The notes below the pieces were generated by a model that saw only the letters and a program-made list of their open reading frames with translations, was not told where the DNA came from and did no database searches. A stretch of DNA of 64,000 nucleotides from an uncultured Oscillospiraceae bacterium (GTDB lineage Bacteria > Bacillota > Clostridia > Saccharofermentanales > UBA5734): positions 191,953 through 255,952 of the forward strand of contig CAWHBQ010000006.1 of NCBI GenBank assembly GCA_963827665.1, in the 5' to 3' direction. The translations under genes and the position numbers were made by a program. Shown in pieces: positions 1 through 9,665 of the stretch (its first letter is position 1; each line of letters opens with the position of its first letter).

Positions 1-476
1 AGATAGGTGTTGCCCGTGACCCGGAGCAGCCTTTCGGTTATGTCTGGTTCACGATCCGGAAATTTCTCGATGATCTTCGGGGCACAACCGGCAACATTGC
101 CAGCTGTGATCATCGAGTCTGAATCAACCAGTGCAAAAAGATGGTCATAGACGCTGTCGATTTGGCGATCGTCATCGACAGTGACCAGGTTCGACAAGGT
201 GATTATCGCCCCCCACTTGATGAAATTGTTGGGACTGTCGACCAGTCCGGCGACGATCTGGAAATAGGGATAGACGAGGGAAGGCTGCCGCTCACTGGTC
301 AGCCGGATAACTTTGTCACAAAAGAACTTGATGCTGCCCTTGTCGACACGGATGATTTCGAACAGCACCGGCAGGATCGATGGATCCGCACCGACCTGAT
401 CGACAATATTTTCGACATCTGGTTTCTGCTTCAGTCTGGCGATCCACGTATCGATTTCATTCTGACTGTTTTGCAT
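1..476 (-). CDS. Hypothetical protein, partial. The N-terminal ~158 aa run off the window edge. Helical repeat-like, possibly a HEAT/DNA-alkylation-repair-like fold.
   Basis: Manual reverse-complement translation from the ATG at 476 gives an uninterrupted frame to position 1 (MQNSQNEIDTWIARLKQKPDVENIVDQ...). GGGGG Shine-Dalgarno 6-8 nt upstream. The +strand ORF 141-503 is D-rich antisense noise. Absent from the ORF track because it is edge-truncated. Confidence 0.5.
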   Translation of the reverse strand, partial: MQNSQNEIDTWIARLKQKPDVENIVDQVGADPSILPVLFEIIRVDKGSIKFFCDKVIRLTSERQPSLVYPYFQIVAGLVDSPNNFIKWGAIITLSNLVTVDDDRQIDSVYDHLFALVDSDSMITAGNVAGCAPKIIEKFPDREPDITERLLRVTGNTY

Positions 477-754
477 CGGGAGGCCCCCTTCACCATGAGC
501 TGAACCACACCCCGCATTACAGCATGGCCTCATGATCATTTTAAACCTAATTTTAATCATTGGCATCGCACCCCGCTTTTTGTAGATCAGAATGATGGCC
601 TGTACCCTGCGAAACAGGCCGCGGGTATCATTACCCCGGAAAGTGTGTTATGATACTTTTAATAATCAATAAATCCGCTTGAACTGGCCGCAATTTCCGT
701 TCTGTGGAAATCGCGGTTTTTTGATGCATAAAACCCAACCGATTAGGAGAAACA

Positions 755-2146
755 ATGACCTTTAACGACTTGGAACTAGCGCCCTCAATCCTCAAAGCAC
801 TCGAACAAGCCAAGTACAAACATCCGACCCCGATCCAGGAACAGGCTATTCCGCCGATCCTGACTGGCCGCGACCTGCTGGGTGTAGCCCAGACCGGTAC
901 CGGCAAGACTGCCGCCTTTGCGGTGCCGACGCTGCAGCGCCTGATGCACTCGGTTGCGAACCACAGTGACCATCGAGTCCACCGCCGGATTCGCTCATTG
1001 ATCCTGACCCCGACCCGCGAACTTGCCTTGCAGATCCATGAAAGCTTTACAACTTATGGTCGCCACACTGACCTGCGCTCCTGTGTCATTTTTGGCGGCG
1101 TCTCGCAGCGAACACAGGAACAGGAACTGCGCCGTGGTGTGGACATCCTCGTGGCTACCCCCGGTCGTTTGGCCGACTTGATGAACCAGCATTTGATCGA
1201 CCTGCAATTTGTCGAAATCCTGACCCTGGATGAAGCTGACCGCATGCTCGACATGGGCTTTATCCATGAGGTCAAACGAATCATCGCCAAAACCCCGGCC
1301 CGGAAGCAAACCCTGTTCTTTTCCGCGACCATGCCTGCGGAAATCGTCGGACTTTCCAATTCGATGCTGGACAATCCGGTCAAAGTATCGGTCACCCCGG
1401 ACCAGCCGACCGTCGAGAAAATCAGGCAGTCCGTCTATCTGGTCGACAAGGTCAACAAAAGAAGCCTTCTGGTCCATCTGTTGCGCGATCCGGCAATCGA
1501 TTCTGTGCTCGTCTTCACCCGGACCAAGCACGGCGCAGACCGTGTGGTAAAAGAGCTTAGCCGCGATAATATCAATGCCCAGGCGATTCACGGCAATAAG
1601 TCGCAAAATGCCCGCCAACAGGCACTTGGCAATTTCAAGAACAAATCCACTCGTGTTCTCGTGGCCACGGACATCGCTGCCCGCGGCATCGACATCGATG
1701 GATTGTCCCATGTCATCAATTATGACCTGCCGGAGATCCCTGAATCCTATGTCCACCGCATCGGCCGGACCGGTCGCGCCGGACACAATGGGATCGCGAT
1801 TTCCTTCTGTGATTTTGAAGAAAAGAAATTGCTGACCGCCATCGAGAAGCTGTGTGTCAAAACCATCCCGGTGATCGACGAACACCCCTATCCGATGACC
1901 GTGATGACCATACTGCCCAAACCGGTCCAGCAGGGCCGCAATAATCCCGGACGCAACAATCAGGGCCGCCCACAGCATAATGGCACTTCGCCACGCGCCG
2001 CGTCCCAGAGCGGGCCACAGCAGCGCACAACCCCCCAGCAGCGCGAGCAGCCGCGAAACGTGTCAGAACCGCGCAATCGCCCCCAGCAGCGCGAACTGCA
2101 GAACAACGGTCCGCGGCAACATCGCCCCTCAACTCGTCTGGCCTGA
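755..2146 (+). CDS. DEAD-box ATP-dependent RNA helicase (RhlE/CshA-like) with an Arg/Gln/Pro-rich C-terminal tail
   Basis: Motifs AQTGTGKT (I), PTRELA (Ia), [17 protein letters not shown] (II), SAT (III), ARGIDI (V) and [10 protein letters not shown] (VI). RBS AGGAGA 5 nt upstream of ATG 755. About 80-aa basic low-complexity C-terminus ([10 protein letters not shown]...[24 protein letters not shown]). Confidence 0.95.
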   Translation: MTFNDLELAPSILKALEQAKYKHPTPIQEQAIPPILTGRDLLGVAQTGTGKTAAFAVPTLQRLMHSVANHSDHRVHRRIRSLILTPTRELALQIHESFTTYGRHTDLRSCVIFGGVSQRTQEQELRRGVDILVATPGRLADLMNQHLIDLQFVEILTLDEADRMLDMGFIHEVKRIIAKTPARKQTLFFSATMPAEIVGLSNSMLDNPVKVSVTPDQPTVEKIRQSVYLVDKVNKRSLLVHLLRDPAIDSVLVFTRTKHGADRVVKELSRDNINAQAIHGNKSQNARQQALGNFKNKSTRVLVATDIAARGIDIDGLSHVINYDLPEIPESYVHRIGRTGRAGHNGIAISFCDFEEKKLLTAIEKLCVKTIPVIDEHPYPMTVMTILPKPVQQGRNNPGRNNQGRPQHNGTSPRAASQSGPQQRTTPQQREQPRNVSEPRNRPQQRELQNNGPRQHRPSTRLA

Positions 2147-2166
2147 TCATACCGGATCAAACAAAA

Positions 2167-2202
2167 AGATAGGACTGTCATCAGACAGTCCTATCTTTTT
2201 TT
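2167..2202 (+). terminator. Rho-independent terminator of the helicase gene (13-bp perfect stem, ATCA loop, T7 tract)
   Basis: agataggactgtc-atca-gacagtcctatct followed by ttttttt, seen directly. Confidence 0.85.
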
Positions 2203-2206
2203 GCCT

Positions 2207-4110
2207 GTGCGCCACGCATGGCGCTTCACTAGACGGTGAAAGTCCGTTATGGGTGTATGTAGCGACTAACCATTAGCTCAAGGCAAGGGTGTCCATCGCG
2301 AGATGGAATCTGAAGGAAGCCGGCGGCAAAGTTCCGGCCCGAGGAATACGAACAGCATCAGGCACAAAGCGTGGGATGAGGCTGCAGACCAAGCCAAAGT
2401 CCAAAAGCTACACAGACATGCCACTGTAAATGCTGCGGATAGATGGAACGAAAGTGAAGCGACTTACCGTGGGAGATCTCACGGACGGATCAAAACAGAG
2501 TATGAGATCCGGTTGAAACAAGATTTACCGTGAGAAGTCAGCAGAAGCCATAGTACCAGACGGATCTAGACCGACTGGGAAGGGCTGAACCAAAGGAGGT
2601 GAAGATCAATGAAAGTTACCGGAAATGATGATAACCAGCACAGACAACTCACATTGTGGGACTATCTGCCAAGGGATACCGCGGAACGGGAAGAGATAAC
2701 AGAAGTGTGCGAGTCACCAAGGATAACTGAAACGGAAATCACCGACAGAACGAAGCAGATGGAAGGACTGCTCGAGCAAATTCTAACCCAGGAGAATCTG
2801 GAACTGGCCTACCGCCAAGTCAAGAGGAATAAGGGTGCAGGTGGGATTGATGGCATGCAGGTGGATGAACTTCTGCCCTTCCTGACAAACCACCAGAACG
2901 AGCTCGTGCAGGCCCTTCGGGACGGGAAATACCGTCCAAGCCCCGTCAGGAGGGTAGAGATACCCAAAGAAAACGGGAAAACCAGAAAATTGGGAATACC
3001 CACCGTCGTGGATAGACTGATCCAACAGGCGATCTGTCAAATCCTGACACCGATCTACGAGCAGAAGTTCTCGGACAACAGCTACGGATTCCGACCGCAA
3101 CGAAGTGCGCATGACGCACTGAGGAAATGCCAGACCAACATCACTGAAGGCTACGGATATGTGGTCGATATGGATTTGGAAAAGTATTTTGACATGGTCA
3201 ACCAGAGCAGACTCATCCAGATTTTATCGGAAACGATAAAGGACGGACGGGTGATCTCGCTGATCCACAAATTCCTCCATGCAGGAGTGATGGTCGGCGG
3301 GATGTTCGAGGACAGCCCAGAAGGCGTGCCCCAGGGTGGACCCTTAAGTCCACTTTTGGGAAACGTGATGTTGAACGAATGCGATTGGGAACTGGAAAGA
3401 CGCGGACACCGCTTTGTACGCTACGCGGACGATCTGATGATTTTCTGCAAAAGCAAGAAGGCAGCCAAGCGGATACTGGACAATATCCTGCCATTCATTG
3501 AAGGGAAATTATTCCTCAAGGTGAATCGGGAGAAAACGAAAGTCGCGCACGTCAATTTCGTCAAATATCTGGGCTACGGGTTCTACCTCTACCGAGGAAA
3601 AGGCCGACTGAGAATCCATCCCAAAAGCGTCAGGAAACTGGAAGATAAAATTCGGACAGTAACCGGACGCAGCAACGGGATGGGGATCGAGGAACGCAAA
3701 ACCAGACTGAACAGTCTGATCCGAGGCTGGATGAGTTACTTCAAATTGGCTGATGCCAAGAATCTGCTCGAAAAGAAGGACGAATGGATTAGACGGAGAA
3801 TCCGCTTGGTCACATGGAAACGATGGAAACGGATCCGCACGAGGTTTGAGAACTTGAAACGGGCCGGAATCGACCGAAAACAAGCATGGGAATGGGCAAA
3901 CACGAGAAAAGGCTACTGGCGTACAGCCAATAGCCCAATCTTGAAACGTGCCATACCAAACGATCTGCTTAAACGTGCTGGATATCTCAGTTTGATGGAA
4001 CGCTATTCTGCAACTTAATCTGTAAACTTTGGAAGCGCCGTATACCGAACGGTACGTACGGTGCTGTGGGAGGTCCCCCGGTCAAATAATGGCCGGGGTC
4101 CTACCCGATT
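2207..4110 (+). mobile_element. Group II intron (about 1.9 kb) with internal RT/maturase ORF. It is inserted 4 nt downstream of the terminator T-tract, a class-C-like target preference.
   Basis: 5' end GTGCG at 2207-2211. Domain IV ORF 2609-4018. Domain V-like helix (agcgccgtatacc gaac ggtacgtacggtgct, 4033-4065). Domain VI helix gggaggtcccccgg ... ccggggtcctaccc with a bulged branch A (cctAccc, about 4103), ending ...cgat near 4109/4110. Confidence 0.85.
2609..4018 (+). CDS. Group II intron-encoded reverse transcriptase/maturase. No recognisable HNH/En domain.
   Basis: RT blocks (YRPSPVRRVEIPKENGKTRKLGIPTVVDRLIQQAI; FVRYADDLMIFC with the YADD active site). Maturase X region (RGWMSYFKLAD...). 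RBS AAAGGAGGTG. 469 aa. Confidence 0.95.
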   Translation: MKVTGNDDNQHRQLTLWDYLPRDTAEREEITEVCESPRITETEITDRTKQMEGLLEQILTQENLELAYRQVKRNKGAGGIDGMQVDELLPFLTNHQNELVQALRDGKYRPSPVRRVEIPKENGKTRKLGIPTVVDRLIQQAICQILTPIYEQKFSDNSYGFRPQRSAHDALRKCQTNITEGYGYVVDMDLEKYFDMVNQSRLIQILSETIKDGRVISLIHKFLHAGVMVGGMFEDSPEGVPQGGPLSPLLGNVMLNECDWELERRGHRFVRYADDLMIFCKSKKAAKRILDNILPFIEGKLFLKVNREKTKVAHVNFVKYLGYGFYLYRGKGRLRIHPKSVRKLEDKIRTVTGRSNGMGIEERKTRLNSLIRGWMSYFKLADAKNLLEKKDEWIRRRIRLVTWKRWKRIRTRFENLKRAGIDRKQAWEWANTRKGYWRTANSPILKRAIPNDLLKRAGYLSLMERYSAT

Positions 4111-4137
4111 GAGGAGGCCGAAGTTAAGCGATCTGTA

Positions 4138-5034
4138 TCAGGCGTTCAGGAAGGAAGCAACCAGACCGGCGAATTCGACGGAATGTTCGATCTGGGTCCA
4201 ATGGCCGCATTTGCCAAAAATGTGCATTTGGGAATTCGGGATGAGCTCGAACAGCTTGTAGGCATTGTCGACCGGGATGACGAGGTCTTCGCGTCCATGG
4301 ACAATCAGCGTGTCATTCTGGAGCGCTTTGATGGATTCCACCGGCGAGGCCATCATCTTGACCGAATTCTGGCGCGGAAAGGGGAACATTGCCGAGAATG
4401 CTTCGTGGAAACCAGGTTCCATGCTTGAGGTATAGCGCATCTGGGCCAGGTCATCCGTGATCATCGCGGTATTGTAGGCAAACATGCCCAGGATGTGTTT
4501 CATGGACTCGACAGTGCCTTCATAGCCCCAAACCCTGTCCAGGCCATAGGTGATCGGGAACTCGATGCCCATGCTGCCCATCAGGACCAGTTTGCGGACC
4601 CGGTGGGGGTATTTGATGGCCAGGGACATCGCCAGCGCGCCGCCGAAACTGTTGCCGACAACGTCAGCCTTTTCGATGTTCAGTGCATCCATCAGGTCAA
4701 TGGCTTGCTGAACCCAGACATCCATATTATATGTGATGCCCTCAGGTCTTTCGGTGTAGCCAAAGCCGACCATATCTGGTGCGACGACCCGGCGGTCTTT
4801 CGCAAGGGTTGGCATGACTTTGCTCCAGTTGGCCAATGCAGTGACTCCGGGGCCGGAGCCATGGATCAGCAGGACGACTTCACCTTCTCCGACATCATGA
4901 TAGTTGGTGACGAAATGACCGGTCTTGATGGAATTGGCGATTGCTGGATTTGACATTTCATTACTCCTTGAATTTTGCCAGCTGGTGCGGTGGTGTGACG
5001 ACACCAGCTGGCTGTTGTAGAAACAATCGATCAA
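4138..5034 (-). CDS. Alpha/beta-hydrolase, meta-cleavage product (2-hydroxy-6-oxo-dienoate) hydrolase family (MhpC/BphD/XylF-like)
   Basis: HGSGPG oxyanion region, nucleophile elbow VGNSFGG, C-terminal His (GKCGHW). 298 aa. Last gene of the minus-strand meta-pathway operon. Confidence 0.85.
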   Translation of the reverse strand: MIDCFYNSQLVSSHHRTSWQNSRSNEMSNPAIANSIKTGHFVTNYHDVGEGEVVLLIHGSGPGVTALANWSKVMPTLAKDRRVVAPDMVGFGYTERPEGITYNMDVWVQQAIDLMDALNIEKADVVGNSFGGALAMSLAIKYPHRVRKLVLMGSMGIEFPITYGLDRVWGYEGTVESMKHILGMFAYNTAMITDDLAQMRYTSSMEPGFHEAFSAMFPFPRQNSVKMMASPVESIKALQNDTLIVHGREDLVIPVDNAYKLFELIPNSQMHIFGKCGHWTQIEHSVEFAGLVASFLNA

Positions 5035-5077
5035 TGGATGACGAAACAGGACAGCGGATCAGAAACGTGATGAAAAC

Positions 5078-6010
5078 TTACGTCACGACCGACAGGAAGC
5101 GTTCATTGAGTGCCTTGTCGTAGTAGAAAATACCTTCGCCGACGTGATCGAAATCCCAGACGCGCAATGGCATATCCGGATAATAGAAGTAGCCGCCGCA
5201 GAAGACTTCACAACGATTGCCTGACGGATCAAAAAAGTAGATCGTCTGGCCGCGGGTGATGCCATGGCGTGTCGGGCCGATGTCGATCGAAATATGATTG
5301 CGGCCCATGATGTCGGCCGCGTGGCCGACCGCGTTCCAGTCTTCGAGATGGAAGGAGACATGGTGCAATTTGCCGGGTTTGTCATAGTCGAGGATGGCGA
5401 TATCATGGCCGCGGCTGCCGCAGGTGAGCCAGACAACGAGGGGTTCGGAATTATCCGGCTTCATGACGCATTCGGTCATCTTCAGGCCACAGACTTCCTG
5501 CAGCCACTTGAACGTCGGCTGTGCGTTGCTGCCATAAAGCAGGGCATGGTCGAAACAGGACGGTTCCATGCCATGCGGTTCGATGTCACTCCAGATGTGC
5601 GGATTGATAATTTCGGGGTGGGATGCGGCCATTTCAACGTCGCTGTAGAACTGGATTTTGTGGCCGGTTGATGTGGTGACGGAAATGCGGCGGCCAAAGC
5701 CAGGCTGGTCGGAATTGCCGGTAATGACCTCAACCGGGAAGCCAAAGGCGATGGTGTCTTTTTCAATCTGGTTGACTGTCGCGGCATCAAGGCACTTGAA
5801 TGCGAAAAAGTCGATGCCGGGTTCATCGGCAAGGCGGAGAACGACCGAATGATGGTCAAATTCATCATACGCCTTGAGCATGATACGGCCATCGGCTGTT
5901 TTGCCGACGACATCCAGCCCAACGTGTTTGGTGTAGTGTTCAAGAGATTTGTCGAAATCAAGCACGCGGAGCTGGATGAGACCTGGTCTGAGAACACCGT
6001 TGAGAGCCAT
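5078..6010 (-). CDS. Extradiol ring-cleavage dioxygenase, type I (VOC/glyoxalase fold; catechol 2,3-dioxygenase family)
   Basis: 310 aa, two VOC modules. N-terminus MALNGVLRPGLIQLRVLDFDKSLEHY typical of C23O/BphC. Strong RBS AGGAGG upstream of ATG 6010. Confidence 0.85.
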   Translation of the reverse strand: MALNGVLRPGLIQLRVLDFDKSLEHYTKHVGLDVVGKTADGRIMLKAYDEFDHHSVVLRLADEPGIDFFAFKCLDAATVNQIEKDTIAFGFPVEVITGNSDQPGFGRRISVTTSTGHKIQFYSDVEMAASHPEIINPHIWSDIEPHGMEPSCFDHALLYGSNAQPTFKWLQEVCGLKMTECVMKPDNSEPLVVWLTCGSRGHDIAILDYDKPGKLHHVSFHLEDWNAVGHAADIMGRNHISIDIGPTRHGITRGQTIYFFDPSGNRCEVFCGGYFYYPDMPLRVWDFDHVGEGIFYYDKALNERFLSVVT

Positions 6011-6079
6011 GAATAAATCCTCCTGGTACTATTATTAATTGCTTTGGGAACCAAATTCGAGTAGATTGCCAGATAAATT

Positions 6080-7093
6080 TTATTTATTTCTGGTCGCCAT
6101 TTCATGGGCGATTTCGATAATCCAGTCCTCCTGGCCGCCAACGGCTTTGCGATTGCCCAGTTCCATCAGGATGTCGCGGACATCGACGCCAAAGCGGGCA
6201 GCGGCACGGCGGGAGTGAAGCAGGAAGCTCGAGTAGACGCCGGCGTAGCCGAGCATCATCGGATCGAGCATGCTATTGATGTGGAGCCCTTTGGCTTCGA
6301 GAATCGGCAGCAGGATGTCGCGGGAGACGTCCATCGCCTTGTAGAGGTCAGCACCATGTTCAAATTTCATCTTGTTGAGAACGGCGATCAGTGTTTCAGT
6401 CGGCGTATTGCCAGCACCAGCACCGAGTCCGGACAGTGAACCGTCGACATACGTTGCGCCAGTTTCGACTGCCGCAAGGCTGTTGGCGATCGCACAGCCC
6501 AGGTTGTTGTGAGCGTGATGGCCGACCGGCACTTTCAAGTTGGAGAGCAGGGCCGAAACACGTTCCTTGACCTGGTCAGGCACCAGGGCACCGGCAGAGT
6601 CAGTCACATAAACGACATCAGCCCCGTAGGATTCCATTTTCTTGGCTTCTTCGACCAGCCGTTCGGCACTGGTCATGTGGGCCATCATCAGGAAACCGAC
6701 TGTCCACAGGCCCATGTCCTTGGCTGCACGGATATGCTGGGCTGATACGTCTGCTTCGGTCACATGCGTGGCGACGCGGACGACCTTGGCGCCGGCATGC
6801 TTGGCTTCCTCGAGCATCTCCACTGTGCCGATGCCGGGGAGCAGGAGGACACAAAGCTTTGAGGTTGTGAGAACGCTGGCAGCTGCTTTGATGATCGAAA
6901 GGTCGTCATACTTGGCAAAACCGTAATTGATGGTCGAACCATTGATGCCGTCACCGTGGCCGACTTCGATGATGTCGACCCCGGCAGCCTGCAGGCCAGC
7001 TGCAACCTTGGCGACGTCATCCGGTGAAAACTGGTGGGATACGGTGTGGTTTCCGTCTCTTAAAGTCGTGTCATTCAGGAAAATCTTAGCCAT
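6080..7093 (-). CDS. 4-hydroxy-2-oxovalerate aldolase (DmpG/MhpE/BphI family)
   Basis: Internal start [23 protein letters not shown] with RBS GGAGGTG. The ORF-track 495-aa frame extends upstream without support. HMGL-like TIM barrel plus DmpG C-terminal communication domain. 8-nt overlap with the upstream dehydrogenase. Confidence 0.9.
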   Translation of the reverse strand: MAKIFLNDTTLRDGNHTVSHQFSPDDVAKVAAGLQAAGVDIIEVGHGDGINGSTINYGFAKYDDLSIIKAAASVLTTSKLCVLLLPGIGTVEMLEEAKHAGAKVVRVATHVTEADVSAQHIRAAKDMGLWTVGFLMMAHMTSAERLVEEAKKMESYGADVVYVTDSAGALVPDQVKERVSALLSNLKVPVGHHAHNNLGCAIANSLAAVETGATYVDGSLSGLGAGAGNTPTETLIAVLNKMKFEHGADLYKAMDVSRDILLPILEAKGLHINSMLDPMMLGYAGVYSSFLLHSRRAAARFGVDVRDILMELGNRKAVGGQEDWIIEIAHEMATRNK

Positions 7094-7967
7094 TGGCAGC
7101 ACCTCCCAGTTTTTTGACGGCATATCTTTCAGCGATGTTGACAGCTGCGGCTGTGATGATGTCGAGGTTGCCTGAGTAAATCGGCAAGTAATCGCCAAGT
7201 CCGGTGACCTGGACCATAGTGGTGACAATATCGTCTTGGATGATCGGTTCGAGCAGGAGTTTGTAGCCCGGGACATAGGTGCGGATTTTTTCGACCATTT
7301 CGTCGACTGCCGCCTTGACCTTTCCCAAGTCAGGATTCCTGACTTTGGTGTAGATCGTGTTGCGCATATGGATTGGCGGTTCCGCAGGATTGAGGACAAT
7401 GATGACACGGGCTTCATCGGCCCCACCGATTTTTTCAAGCGCGTGCTTGGTTGTGACGGTGAACTCGTCAATGTTCGCCCGGGTGCCCGGGCCGGCGCTT
7501 TTACTGCTGATGGAGGAGATGATTTCGGCGTAGGATACGCCAACAGCTTTGTTGATTGCGGCCACAATCGGGGTCGTTGCTTGTCCGGCGCAAGTAACTA
7601 GGTTGACATTTGGAAGTTCAAGGACATCATCATCGAGATTGACTGCCGGAACGACATAAGGTCCGACTGCTGCTGGCGTCAAGTCGAGGGTGAAGATGCC
7701 CTTTTCCTTCAGCAGGGGTGCATTGGTCAGATGGGCTGTGGCACTGGTGCAGTCAAAACAGATATCGATGTCCTCGCAGTCTTTCATCAGACCTTCGATG
7801 CCGTCAGTCGTTGTCTTGATGCCGAGCTGGGCAGCTGTCGCAATGCCGGCCGAATCTTTGACACCGACCATATAAGCGACTTCCAGATTCGGACTCCGCT
7901 TAATTTTCTGCAATAGATCCATGCCGATATTGCCAGGTCCGATAATTGCAACCTTTACTTTATCCAT
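7086..7967 (-). CDS. Acetaldehyde dehydrogenase, acetylating (DmpF/MhpF/BphJ family)
   Basis: [19 protein letters not shown]ossmann N-terminus, catalytic Cys region (DCTSATAHL). ATG at 7967 with RBS GGAG. The track start is an upstream GTG. Confidence 0.9.
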   Translation of the reverse strand: MDKVKVAIIGPGNIGMDLLQKIKRSPNLEVAYMVGVKDSAGIATAAQLGIKTTTDGIEGLMKDCEDIDICFDCTSATAHLTNAPLLKEKGIFTLDLTPAAVGPYVVPAVNLDDDVLELPNVNLVTCAGQATTPIVAAINKAVGVSYAEIISSISSKSAGPGTRANIDEFTVTTKHALEKIGGADEARVIIVLNPAEPPIHMRNTIYTKVRNPDLGKVKAAVDEMVEKIRTYVPGYKLLLEPIIQDDIVTTMVQVTGLGDYLPIYSGNLDIITAAAVNIAERYAVKKLGGAANG

Positions 7968-8082
7968 AAACAATCGCACTCCTGTGAACGAAAATTGTGT
8001 GTAATGACTAATTCGATCCTAGCAGACGGCAAAATGATTGTAAATAGATTTTCGAAATATTATCACTATATCAAATTTGATT

Positions 8083-8112
8083 TGACAATGCCGTAAATAT
8101 TAACTTATTATG
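8083..8112 (+). promoter_or_regulatory. Putative sigma-A-type promoter (TTGACA -18- TATTAT) in the divergent region, oriented toward the ferredoxin gene
   Basis: Hexamers read directly in the AT-rich 230-bp divergent intergenic region between the meta-cleavage operon and the ferredoxin/iclR side. Confidence 0.3.
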
Positions 8113-8213
8113 AACATCAAAGAAACGGCTCTTTCATGCATCTTTTTACATGCGCATGCGGTTGCGAGTCTGAGAAAATGCAATTATGATGACGTCAAAT
8201 GACGGAGGTTTTT

Positions 8214-8507
8214 ATGCTGAAAGAAAGGTATGAAGTTGAGATTGTAAACAAAGGCATGACTTTCATCTGCCTGGCAGAAGAAAGTGTCCTGAATGGCGCT
8301 GAACGCGCTTTCCCACGCAATCCACTGGTTGGATGCAGGATGGGTGGATGCGGTTTTTGCCGTGTACGGGTCATTTCAGGCTCCTATGAATCAGGACGGA
8401 TGAGCCGGGCCCACACTTCTCCTGAGGAGCAGCAGGAAGGCATAGTCCTGGCGTGCAGGATCTATCCGCGCAGCGATATGAAGGTTGAATACCTTGGCCT
8501 GAAATAG
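8214..8507 (+). CDS. Plant-type [2Fe-2S] ferredoxin, XylT/DmpQ-like (reactivator of extradiol dioxygenases)
   Basis: CxxxxC..C...C ligand pattern (GCRMGGCGFCRV ... LACRIYP), about 97 aa. RBS GGAGG upstream of ATG 8214. Located beside the meta-cleavage operon. Confidence 0.75.
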   Translation: MLKERYEVEIVNKGMTFICLAEESVLNGAERAFPRNPLVGCRMGGCGFCRVRVISGSYESGRMSRAHTSPEEQQEGIVLACRIYPRSDMKVEYLGLK

Positions 8508-8791
8508 ACCGCAGCCTTGTTCAGTCTCTCATCGGCAATCCTGCATCAAGTTCGGCTGTCCTTTCAGAATGTCAAAACCTGGCTTGGTCATTATTCGGTG
8601 ATCAGAGTCAGTCAGACAACTGAATTTGGCATCAGCATAAAATTTACGATATTATCAAAATATATTGCGAAATCTTATCGGGCATGTTAGTGTCATCCTA
8701 GAATCTGTTTAATATATTCAAACGATCTGGAATTCAGAAGTGCATTTTCGGCCTTCCTGATCCCGGTTCATAGCCAGATGGATGAAGCACG

Positions 8792-9559
8792 ATGATGAGT
8801 AAGCAGAAACCAGTTCAGTCCGTTGAACGAGCCATTTCAATCCTGAAATGTTTCACCAGCAAGAAAACCGAACTAAAATTGTCCGAGATAGCCTCGGAAC
8901 TTGGTCTCAACATCAGCACGGTCCACGGCATCGTGATGACCCTCAAGCAAAATGGCTTGCTGGAGCAGAGCGAAGAGTACCAGAAATACCGCCTGGGTTA
9001 TTCACTGATTGAATTAGGCGATCGTGCTGCGAATTCCCTCGACATCCTCCGCCTGTCGTTGCCGATCATTAAGCCATTGGGGGCCAGAATCGTCGAAACC
9101 GTCCACATTGCCACACTGGATCAGCTGGAAGTCATCTACATCCAAAAAGAAGAGTCGACACAGTCGATGCGTATCTATACAACAATTGGCTCACGAAATC
9201 CAGCCCACTGTACCGGCGTCGGTAAAGCCATGCTGGCTCATCTGGATGCTGAGGTCCTGGAATCGATCATTCCGGAAAAAATGGATCGGTTCACTGCCAA
9301 TACCCTGACACTCAAATCAGAACTGATCAAAGAGCTGGCTACGATCCGAGCCAATGGCTATGCGATCGACAATGAAGAGATTACGGAGGGGTTGACTTGT
9401 GTGGCTGCTCCAATCTTCGACCATCTCGGCCGAGCCAGTTATGCCATCAGCATTTCCGGGCCGACCTTGCGGATGACCCGGGAGAAAATGCGTGAAGCAA
9501 TCGAACTGATCCAGCCAGCAGCAGCCGAACTGTCGCATCGACTCGGTTTCCGCGGATAA
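8792..9559 (+). CDS. IclR-family transcriptional regulator
   Basis: N-terminal wHTH (VERAISILKCF...LSEIASELGLNISTVHGIV) plus C-terminal IclR effector domain. 255 aa. Confidence 0.9.
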   Translation: MMSKQKPVQSVERAISILKCFTSKKTELKLSEIASELGLNISTVHGIVMTLKQNGLLEQSEEYQKYRLGYSLIELGDRAANSLDILRLSLPIIKPLGARIVETVHIATLDQLEVIYIQKEESTQSMRIYTTIGSRNPAHCTGVGKAMLAHLDAEVLESIIPEKMDRFTANTLTLKSELIKELATIRANGYAIDNEEITEGLTCVAAPIFDHLGRASYAISISGPTLRMTREKMREAIELIQPAAAELSHRLGFRG

Positions 9560-9665
9560 AAACTGCCTGAAATCATCCTGTTTTTTAACATTTACAGCCA
9601 CAAATCCTCGCCCATCCCGATTGCCCTGTATCCGTCAAATTCAATCATCAGGAGGAAAATCCACT

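Noticed and set aside
141-503. 120-aa plus-strand ORF at the window start
   Set aside because: It is Asp-rich with no SD. The opposite strand carries a better, edge-truncated ORF with a GGGGG SD that explains the region.
995-1978. 327-aa minus-strand ORF
   Set aside because: Antisense shadow of the DEAD-box helicase gene, with no conserved motifs.
6080-7567. 495-aa extended frame for the aldolase gene
   Set aside because: The upstream 158 codons overlap the acetaldehyde-dehydrogenase gene in another frame and are Ser/Pro/Thr-rich noise. The internal ATG at 7093 with a GGAGGTG SD matches the conserved aldolase N-terminus.
8076-8100. ccgtaaat resemblance to a purine-riboswitch J3 segment
   Set aside because: It is an isolated octamer inside a promoter-like AT-rich region. 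No P1/P2/P3 helices or partner conserved blocks are present.
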